DNA of 40,671 nucleotides from Myxococcales bacterium (lineage in GTDB: Bacteria; Myxococcota_A; UBA9042), in contig JBBISH010000053.1 of NCBI GenBank assembly GCA_037441385.1, positions 1-40,671 of the forward strand, in the 5' to 3' direction. The first letter of the stretch is position 1. Every line of letters starts with the position of its first letter. This document shows, piece after piece, positions 9,443 to 16,663 of the stretch. Both the position numbers and the translations under genes were made by a program. The notes under the pieces are model-generated. The model saw nothing but the letters and a program-made list of their open reading frames with translations, was not told the origin of the DNA and made no database searches.

Positions 9443-10498
9443 CTATTTCGCCTTGTACTGAACCACCACCTTCGACCCAGGCTTGGGCGGGTGGACAAAG
9501 GTCATGGTCTGGCCCTTCAGCGTCCAGGTCAGCGTCGGATCCTCTGGCGTGACCGTGACTTTCACCGTATCAGGCTGCGGCATGGCGCTGAGGACCGCCA
9601 CCTTGATGCCTTCGCGCACGCGCTGGCCGATGCTGGTCAGGGTGGGGCCGTAGTCGGGCGCGCAGATGCTGCCGACCGTACCGCCCGATTTTGTCGCAAA
9701 TTCATTCAGGAGCGTGCCGTAGTGCGCGCCAATCGTCGACGCCGTCGCCAGGCAAGCCTTGTCGCCCGGGATGACGATCAAGCCAAAGCCCGTCATCGCT
9801 TTTTGCGCACCAAAGGCCTTGTCGACCGCGGCGCGCACCTGAAGGTAGGTATCGGCGCTGCTCCCACCGTCGCTGGCCTCGTCCTCGTTGCTCAAGATGA
9901 TGACGACCAAGTCGGCGTCGGCGCGGAAGAAACCCGCGTTGTCGGTCGCGCGCCGGTCGATGGCTTCGATGGTCGCCCGCAACGGCCGCTCGTCGGTCGA
10001 AGGGCAGACGTCGCCACAACTCCAAGTCTCTTCGCGGACGATGGTGTCGGCAAACAGTTTGGTGGCGTTGGCCGTGGTCGGGGTCAGGATGCGATGGTGG
10101 CTGGCGTCGAACTCGAGCAGCCGGCCCTTGAGGCCGTACTTGCCATCCGACACGTCCGTGGTCGTGACCCCGATCTGCCAGTCGATCTTGGCCAGGCTCC
10201 CCAAGAAAGTTTGCAGGCGTTCCGCCAGCTTTTCTTGGGCGTTGCGCATCGAGTCCGAATTGTCGTCGATGAACAACACGTCCACTCGGGCGCGCGTCTC
10301 GAACTCATCGTAGATGAACGTGTCCTGGGTGCGGCCGTCGGGCAACTTCACGGTGCTTTGCGCCGTCGTCGTGGCCAATTGTTGGTTTTCGCCAGGCATG
10401 CCGTCGGTGCAACTCCAACTCGTCGCCAGCGCCAGCGCGGTGCACCACCCCCAAACCCGCCTGCCGCGACCCTTGGCCCCGGCTATCCCAACGTTCAT
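9443..10498 (-). CDS. Exported/lipo-protein with VWA-like domain
   Basis: Hydrophobic N-terminus ending 'SWSC'; 'VDVLFIDDNSDSM', 'WQIGVTTTD', 'VIILSNEDE', 'GSIC..DY'; GGAGG SD before ATG 10498. Confidence 0.75.
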   Translation of the reverse strand: MNVGIAGAKGRGRRVWGWCTALALATSWSCTDGMPGENQQLATTTAQSTVKLPDGRTQDTFIYDEFETRARVDVLFIDDNSDSMRNAQEKLAERLQTFLGSLAKIDWQIGVTTTDVSDGKYGLKGRLLEFDASHHRILTPTTANATKLFADTIVREETWSCGDVCPSTDERPLRATIEAIDRRATDNAGFFRADADLVVIILSNEDEASDGGSSADTYLQVRAAVDKAFGAQKAMTGFGLIVIPGDKACLATASTIGAHYGTLLNEFATKSGGTVGSICAPDYGPTLTSIGQRVREGIKVAVLSAMPQPDTVKVTVTPEDPTLTWTLKGQTMTFVHPPKPGSKVVVQYKAK

Positions 10499-10627
10499 GT
10501 CGACCTCCGTGCGCGGTAGGTTGCCGGCGCGCGGCAATTGGTTCTCCCCTTGGCTCCGATCGGTAGGGGATCAAGAGCCACGGCGCGGACTGCTCCGGCG
10601 ACCGGTCCGACGTGGGCCAATTCGCGA

Positions 10628-12304
10628 TCAGTACAACTTCGCCAAGGTTGCGCCTGCGTAGTAGTGTAGCAGGATTTCCTCAAACTTCTGCCCCGCCTTG
10701 GCCCGCGCCACCGCGCCCGTCTGGTCCATGCCAACGCCATGGCCAAAACCGGCACCCACAAAGGTCCAAGACTGCGGCACGCCATCCTTGCTGGGCCCAG
10801 CTTTGATCAGGACTAGCGACGACCGCAGCCCCTTGGGACCGTGCGAGCCGCCCAGGGCGTCGCGGATCCGCAGTTCGCCTTCGACCTTGATCACACTGCC
10901 GTCGCTTTGCAGCACGTCCAGGGCGATCACCCGGCCCGAGACACCGCGCCGCACCACCGTCAGGGCCTTGACCGGCTTCTGCACACCAAAGCGCTTGAGC
11001 TGACCGGCCAGCTCGTCGGCGCTGCGCTCGGTCCGCCAACGGCAGGCCTCGGCGTTCAGGCCCGAGGCTGCAGCCCAGCTCGAATCCTTGCCTTCCAGCA
11101 GCTGCCGCACCGCGTCTTCGCTCGGGCCGCCCGCCAGCACGTCTTGAGCCCCTGCCACCACATCGGCGCGCCCGCGCAGCGCCGGCTGCGGCCGCCCCGG
11201 CCACACCAGCTCGTTGTTTTCGGTGTGGCCGCCCGAAACCGCGTGGTAGTAGGCGTCGACGAGCCGCCCCTCGCTGTCGACCAGCACCTGCCCGCGTGTG
11301 TCCTGCACGGCCTGGGCAATCCGCGGACTCACCCGCTCCAGCCCGCGGTAGGCCTGGCAGTGCACTTCGGAGCAAATCGCAAAGGGGTCCGTGGCGTGGC
11401 GCGTCCCCACCTTGGCCAGCATGTCCGTGCGGGCCGCCACCGCTTGAGCGCGCAGGGCCGCGTCGGGGGCCGAGTGAAAAATCTCGGACGCCACCACGCC
11501 TTCCAGCACGTTCTCCAAGTCCGCCTCGTTTACCACCTCTAGCCCTTGCCGCCCCGCGACCACGTAGACTCGCCCCGGCAGATCCAGCTCACTGCGCCCG
11601 CCCTTGCGGAGCCCCGTCACCGTGAGCGCCGCCGCCTTGCCCGACGGACGCTGCGCCTCGAACCACAGCACATCGCGGGCATGGACTTCTACGCTCGAAC
11701 CTCCCCGCTCGCGCAGTACCAACTCGGCGCTGGGCGGGGCCGCCACCACTTGCTGGAGCCCCAGGTCCACGTTGAAATGCCGGCCGATCTCTTGCGCTTT
11801 GGCCGCCGCGGCTTCGGCGTCGGCAAACTCCTGGTCCAAGCATAGCAGCGTTTGGCGGGTGTCGAACATGCGCCCGGCCAGGCTGTAGGTGGTGCCTGTG
11901 CCTTGGGCGACCACGGCAAAACCCCGCTCTTTCCAGGTCGTTTTTTGGGCGCGTAGGGTCTCGAAGTCCCACGCGGGCGCTTGGGCCAGGACCACAAAAT
12001 GCTTGACTTCTCCCGGTTTGGCCGCTGTCGCGGTCAGCTCGATGGCGCGCCCCGGCGGCAGACGGATGTCGACTTGGCCGTCGCCCGTCCCCAGCACGCG
12101 CAAGCCCGTGCCCGCGCTGATTTCCACGTGATCTTGGGCCGACAGCACGCTGAGGGGCAACAGGGGCTTGCCGCCGTCGCCGACCCGCAGCACGTCGCGG
12201 TACAGGCTGGCAGCGCGGTCGTCGTGGCCCAGCGGGTCGGCCCACACAGGCGCAGCGACAAGCAGGAACCCAAGAAACAGCAAGGCAAAGCGGCGCGGCG
12301 ACAC
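10628..12304 (-). CDS. SpoIID/LytB-domain peptidoglycan hydrolase, exported
   Basis: Signal peptide (VWA-D); 'LEGVVASE', 'ALRAQAVAART', 'HCQAYRG', 'YYHAVSGGHTE', 'GAGFGHGVGMDQTGA', 'ILLHYY'. Confidence 0.9.
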   Translation of the reverse strand: MSPRRFALLFLGFLLVAAPVWADPLGHDDRAASLYRDVLRVGDGGKPLLPLSVLSAQDHVEISAGTGLRVLGTGDGQVDIRLPPGRAIELTATAAKPGEVKHFVVLAQAPAWDFETLRAQKTTWKERGFAVVAQGTGTTYSLAGRMFDTRQTLLCLDQEFADAEAAAAKAQEIGRHFNVDLGLQQVVAAPPSAELVLRERGGSSVEVHARDVLWFEAQRPSGKAAALTVTGLRKGGRSELDLPGRVYVVAGRQGLEVVNEADLENVLEGVVASEIFHSAPDAALRAQAVAARTDMLAKVGTRHATDPFAICSEVHCQAYRGLERVSPRIAQAVQDTRGQVLVDSEGRLVDAYYHAVSGGHTENNELVWPGRPQPALRGRADVVAGAQDVLAGGPSEDAVRQLLEGKDSSWAAASGLNAEACRWRTERSADELAGQLKRFGVQKPVKALTVVRRGVSGRVIALDVLQSDGSVIKVEGELRIRDALGGSHGPKGLRSSLVLIKAGPSKDGVPQSWTFVGAGFGHGVGMDQTGAVARAKAGQKFEEILLHYYAGATLAKLY

Positions 12305-12401
12305 GGCGATCCGGGCTGCCCGACGCGGCGGGCGATCGCGCGCGAGTTAACGCATAACCCGGCGGTTTGTCCAGTTGCTGGCCGGTGACCGCCGACGCGG
12401 A

Positions 12402-12430
12402 TTGACGGCTTTGGGCGCCCCGCGTAGCCT
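12402..12430 (+). promoter_or_regulatory. Putative sigma70 promoter TTGACG-N17-TAGCCT; predicted +1 at or near ATG 12437 (leaderless)
   Basis: -35 at 12402-12407, 17-nt spacer, -10 at 12425-12430, then 6 nt before the ATG; no SD present. Confidence 0.6.
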
Positions 12431-12436
12431 GCCGGC

Positions 12437-14824
12437 ATGGCACGCACCGGTATTTCTGGACTTCCGCCCAATCGCCCGGTCGAAACGGCGCTGACCTATT
12501 TGCCCGGCATCTCGCGCTCGCGGGCCAAGTCGCTCCTGGCCGACGCGCGCATCGACCCGGATCTGTCCACCGACGAGCTCAGCGAGCTGCAAGTCGATCT
12601 GCTGCGCAACCTGATCCGCGCCGAGTTGGGCGCTCCGGCCGAGGCCAACGCACCCGTCCCCGATCGGCCGTGGCTCGCTGGCGCTGGCGCCGACCTGCAG
12701 CCCTACCTGGATCGCGTTCGCGCCATGCTGCAGCGCTATCTGGTCGTGTTGCGGCCGTGGGACCGCTCGACCGACGACGCCTCGCGCAACCCTCTGCCCG
12801 CCGGTGCCGCGCAAACCCTGGATACCACGTGCATGCGCTGCCTGCGCGGCGAGGCGCTGGACCCCGAGAAGGTGGCCTTCGTCGACCGCATGGAGGCGCG
12901 CCTGGCGGTGCGCTACGACGATCTGACCCCGGCTAGCGAAGCGGCGCAGCGGTTCGACGAACTGCGGGTGGTGTTCGGCCTGAGCGACCTGGAGTGCGAC
13001 CTGCTCTGGCTGCTGCTCGCGCCCGAGATCGCGCCGGAATTCCTTTGGCTTTACAGGGCATTATGGCGCGACACCGCCCGCGTCGCCTGGCCCGAGGACT
13101 TCTTGCAGCACGCCGCCGATCCGTTTGCCGTGCGCGGCAAGGCGGTGCTCGCGGCGGTGGCCGCCACGGCGACGCTGGTGCGGTACGGCTTGGTGTCGGC
13201 TTCGGGCGACCTGGCCACCGGGCTGCGCTACCGGTCCGGTGCCTTTGTTCCCGGGCACTTGCTTGGCCTGCCGATCCGCTTGGACGACGTGCGCGGCCTG
13301 CTCTACCACCCGCACGGCGACTCTGATCCAGGCGACCGGTCGGCCACGCCGATGGCGCCCAGTCTGCGCGACGCCTTGACGCGCGGCTTCCGCAGCGGCC
13401 GGCGCTTCTTGGTCCTGGGCCCCGAGCGGGCGGGGGCCTTGGGGATCGCCCGGCAAGCGTTGGATACCTTTGGCGAAGGCCTGCTCGAAGTGCGCCTGGA
13501 CGTGCTGCTGGCGAACGGCAGCCTGGAGCAGGTGGGGCAGGTGCTGGGCCGGGCCCGGCTGGTGCGCGCCGGGGTGTTCTTCAGCGAAGTGCAGTCGATG
13601 GACGCGGGCGAGCACGGCGCCGAGCGCTTGGCGGCGCTGGTGCAATTGCTGCAACCCGAGACGACCACGATGTTCTTCCACGCGCGGGCGTCGCGGCGGA
13701 CCGAGGACCAAAAGCTCTCGCCCCGTGCACACTTGGCCCTGCTCCGCGAGCTGGGCTGCCTGGAACTGCCCACCGCACCGCCCAGCATCGACGAGCGCCG
13801 CGACCTGTGGCGCCAGCGCCTGACGGGCCGGATGGCCGACCGCGACGTGGACGACACGGTGCAGACGGTCAGCGTGTTCAAATTCGGCGTGGACGAGATC
13901 GACCTGACCATCAACCTGGCCCAGGCGGTGTCGCGGCAGCGCGGCCTGGCCGCCACGGTGCACTTGACCGATGTCGAGCGCGCCGTCCGCGACGTGGCGA
14001 GCTCGCGGCTGTCGGGCCTGGCCACCCGCATCAACGTGCGCGGCCGCTGGGAAAACACCATCTTGCCCGACGATACCCGTGACACCCTGCGCGAGATGGT
14101 GCGCTTTGGCAAACACGCCGGCTTTGTCCTGGACGAACTGGGCTACGGCCGCACCATGGGCTATGGGCGGGCATTGACCGCCATGTTTTCGGGCCCTTCG
14201 GGCACGGGCAAGACGCTGTGCGCCGGCCTGGTGGCGCGCGACCTGGGCCTGGAGCTGTTCCGCGTCGACCTGGCCAGCGTGGTCAGCAAGTACATCGGCG
14301 AGACCGAAGAGCGCCTGAGCAAGCTGTTCGACGCCAGCCAAGACGCTGGCATCGCGCTGCTTTTTGACGAGGCCGATTCATTGTTCGCCAAGCGCACCGA
14401 TGTGCAAAGCTCGGTGGACCGCTACGCCAACCTGGAAGTCAACTACTTGCTGCAGCGCCTGGAAGATTTTGACGGCGTGGTCATCTTGACCACCAACAAC
14501 CCGGAAAGCATCGACAACGCCTTCTTGCGCCGCATCCGCTTCAAGCCCAGCTTCCCGGCGCCCGAAAAGTCCGAACGCGAGCGGCTGTGGTCCGTGATGA
14601 TCCCCGCCGATGCGCCGCGCGAGCTCGACTTGAAATTCAAGGACCTGGCCGCCGACTACGAACTGACCGGCGGTCAGATCCAAAACGCGGTGATCCGCGC
14701 GGCGGTGTGGGCGGCCGAAGAGACCAAACCCATCAGCTACACGCACTTGGCCCGGGCCGCCGAGCGCGAATACAAGGACGCCGGCCGCGTGGTGCGGCAG
14801 TACGCAGACGATCCGGCGAGCTAG
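12437..14824 (+). CDS. AAA+ ATPase (Pvc15/Afp15-like) with an N-terminal ribosomal protein S13-like H2TH domain
   Basis: Walker A 'GPSGTGKT', Walker B 'LLFDEAD', 'KRTDVQSSVDRYANLEVNYLLQRLEDFDGVVILTTN', 'AFLRRIRF', 'LTGGQIQN'. Degenerate first AAA module ('LGPERAGA'); 'FGLSDLECDLLWLLLAPE' winged-helix-like segment. Residues 1-60 resemble S13. Confidence 0.9.
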   Translation: MARTGISGLPPNRPVETALTYLPGISRSRAKSLLADARIDPDLSTDELSELQVDLLRNLIRAELGAPAEANAPVPDRPWLAGAGADLQPYLDRVRAMLQRYLVVLRPWDRSTDDASRNPLPAGAAQTLDTTCMRCLRGEALDPEKVAFVDRMEARLAVRYDDLTPASEAAQRFDELRVVFGLSDLECDLLWLLLAPEIAPEFLWLYRALWRDTARVAWPEDFLQHAADPFAVRGKAVLAAVAATATLVRYGLVSASGDLATGLRYRSGAFVPGHLLGLPIRLDDVRGLLYHPHGDSDPGDRSATPMAPSLRDALTRGFRSGRRFLVLGPERAGALGIARQALDTFGEGLLEVRLDVLLANGSLEQVGQVLGRARLVRAGVFFSEVQSMDAGEHGAERLAALVQLLQPETTTMFFHARASRRTEDQKLSPRAHLALLRELGCLELPTAPPSIDERRDLWRQRLTGRMADRDVDDTVQTVSVFKFGVDEIDLTINLAQAVSRQRGLAATVHLTDVERAVRDVASSRLSGLATRINVRGRWENTILPDDTRDTLREMVRFGKHAGFVLDELGYGRTMGYGRALTAMFSGPSGTGKTLCAGLVARDLGLELFRVDLASVVSKYIGETEERLSKLFDASQDAGIALLFDEADSLFAKRTDVQSSVDRYANLEVNYLLQRLEDFDGVVILTTNNPESIDNAFLRRIRFKPSFPAPEKSERERLWSVMIPADAPRELDLKFKDLAADYELTGGQIQNAVIRAAVWAAEETKPISYTHLARAAEREYKDAGRVVRQYADDPAS

Positions 14825-14846
14825 CCTGGCCGCAACAGAGGACGCA

Positions 14847-15116
14847 ATGGAGAAGACTACGTTCATGGCCATCTTGGCGATCATCGTCGAAGGCTTCGAG
14901 GATCCGAATTTCAAGGCAGAGTTTGCCAAGGCCAAGGCCAGCGGCGACGTGCCGGCCATGATGGCGCTGCCGATGGCCATTCAAGAGCGCGCCTTTGGCG
15001 CCCACGGCCTGGACGCCGCTAGCGGTTCGGCCAAGTTCAAGGAAGCGGGCCGCAGCTACGGGCTGGATCCCGACGTGGCGCCGTGGTTGGCGCGCATGAA
15101 GGCGGCGCTGGGCTGA
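14847..15116 (+). CDS. Small helical protein (89 aa) resembling eukaryotic protein C10 (C12orf57/GRCC10)
   Basis: GAGGA SD and GC-rich third codon positions support the CDS. The C10 similarity is a by-eye alignment to a recalled sequence. Confidence 0.7.
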   Translation: MEKTTFMAILAIIVEGFEDPNFKAEFAKAKASGDVPAMMALPMAIQERAFGAHGLDAASGSAKFKEAGRSYGLDPDVAPWLARMKAALG

Positions 15117-15124
15117 GCTGCAAC

Positions 15125-15314
15125 GCCGGCAACGCGACCAAAATCCACCCGCGAAATTGGCCCTGGCCGTCGATTTGGGATGCAAATCAAGGCGCAAGGA
15201 GCGGAGCGACTGAGGCGACCTAGAGGTCGCCGCAGGGAGAGTAGTGACGCAGCAAGGCCGAGTTGCGCCCAAAGCGGCGGATCGGGGGCGGGCGGTTTCG
15301 TTGACAGTGCCGGC
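15125..15314. repeat. ~190-bp imperfect palindromic element (MITE/REP-like)
   Basis: Central hairpin GGCGACC-TAGA-GGTCGCC (15214-15231); arms CCGTCGATTTGGG / CCCAAAGCGGCGG (11/13); ends GCCGGCA / TGCCGGC. Confidence 0.65.
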
Positions 15315-15329
15315 CCCCGCGCATACGCT
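15301..15329 (+). promoter_or_regulatory. Putative sigma70 promoter TTGACA-N17-TACGCT
   Basis: Perfect -35, 17-nt spacer and TAnnnT -10; ATG 15337 lies 7 nt downstream. Confidence 0.65.
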
Positions 15330-15336
15330 TTGAGGG

Positions 15337-16623
15337 ATGGTCGGCCCCAAGCCCAATCTGCCTGCCTTTTTATCGCCCGCACCGGCGCAAGCCCCTGCGA
15401 CCAGACTGCAGACCATGCGCAAGACTTTTGCCCGCCAGATCGCCTGGTTCACCATCCTGGCATTTGGCATGGCGACGGCGCTGGCCGGCTGCGGCGGCGG
15501 TTTGTCCGACGTGACGTTGGGCAAGCCCGTACCCGAGGTGGCGACCCCGGCCCGCTACTCCGCGGCCCTGCGGCTGGCGGCCCTGGCCCGGGTCGAAGCC
15601 CGCGGCGGAGCCGACGAAGTGGCCGCCGAACACTTCCGCGCCGCCTACCGCAAATACCCCGACGTCAGCTTCCTCATCGGCTACGCGCGCAGCGCCGAGC
15701 GCGCCAAGCTGTATGCCGAAGCCCACGACGCCCTGCGCCGCGCGCTGAGCCACGAACTGACCGCCGAAGAACGGGGCCAGCTGGAAGCCGAGGTCGCGCG
15801 TCTGGCGCCGCTGGTGCCACCGGGTCTGGTGCGGGTGGCCCTGCAGGTCGCGCCCGAAGGCACTCGCGTGGAGTTGACCCGCCAACAACCCGGCGAGTCT
15901 GCGGGCGATCCGCGCAAGAACAGCAAGCGCGCCGCCGACCGCATCGCCCTGGGCACCGGTTGGCTGTACTTGGCGCCGGGCTCGTATGCCGTCTACAGCG
16001 CCTCCAAGGGCTACCAAAGCGATCTGCGAACCCTGCAGGTCACGGCCGAGAGCGCGGACCTCATGGCGATCGCCCTGGCGGCCGAAGACGCGGCGCCGCA
16101 GCTGGTTGACACGACCCGCCCCAAGACCAAGACGCCAGACCACGTCGAGCCCGACGTCAAGCAGCCCGATCAGGGGCCGGTGGTCGAGTTCGAGGACCGG
16201 CCCAAAGTCCGCCGCAGCCCGCTGCATACGCTGGGTCCCGTGGTGCTGAGCGCGCTGGGCGTGTTGGCGGTGGGCGCCGGTGGCTACTTCGGTTGGCAGG
16301 CGAGCCAAAACGCGTCCCTGGCCAACGACTTGTCCAAGGGGTCGGCGTCTTACCAGAGTCAGTTCGATACCTACCATCAAGCGGTGTTGGACAACGCCAA
16401 CCTGGCCAACTACGCCTTTATCGGCGGTGGCGCGCTGGTGGCACTGGGGTCGCTGTGGTGGCTGCTGGCGCCCTCGGCCAAGGCCACGCAAGCCGTCGCG
16501 TCGCCCGCAGAGGGGCCTGCAGCTGCGGGCCATTCCAGCTGGCCAACGCTGAGCCTGCCGCAAGTGGGCCTGTCGCCGGTTGGCACCTCCCCGCTCGGGG
16601 TGTCGTTGCAGTGGCCGCTATGA
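15337..16623 (+). CDS. TPR/PEGA-like exported membrane protein (myxobacterial type)
   Basis: Lipobox 'LAGC'; TPR-like helices 'AAEHFRAAY...AEAHDALRRAL'; PEGA-like 'VAPEGTRVEL...LAPGSYAVYSASKGY'; two C-terminal hydrophobic segments. Alternative start ATG 15415. Confidence 0.75.
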   Translation: MVGPKPNLPAFLSPAPAQAPATRLQTMRKTFARQIAWFTILAFGMATALAGCGGGLSDVTLGKPVPEVATPARYSAALRLAALARVEARGGADEVAAEHFRAAYRKYPDVSFLIGYARSAERAKLYAEAHDALRRALSHELTAEERGQLEAEVARLAPLVPPGLVRVALQVAPEGTRVELTRQQPGESAGDPRKNSKRAADRIALGTGWLYLAPGSYAVYSASKGYQSDLRTLQVTAESADLMAIALAAEDAAPQLVDTTRPKTKTPDHVEPDVKQPDQGPVVEFEDRPKVRRSPLHTLGPVVLSALGVLAVGAGGYFGWQASQNASLANDLSKGSASYQSQFDTYHQAVLDNANLANYAFIGGGALVALGSLWWLLAPSAKATQAVASPAEGPAAAGHSSWPTLSLPQVGLSPVGTSPLGVSLQWPL

Positions 16624-16663
16624 TTTGGACTTCGCACTCGTTTTGCCTGCGTGAGGCTCGCCC

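Noticed and set aside
12437..12625. Calling this locus rpsM or an rpsM pseudogene
   Set aside because: The S13 C-terminal tail is missing, no rpsK/rpsD/rpoA neighbours are present, and the frame continues intact into the ATPase.
12437..14824. Contractile injection system or prophage locus
   Set aside because: Only the ATPase is present; no sheath, tube, baseplate or spike genes are in the window.
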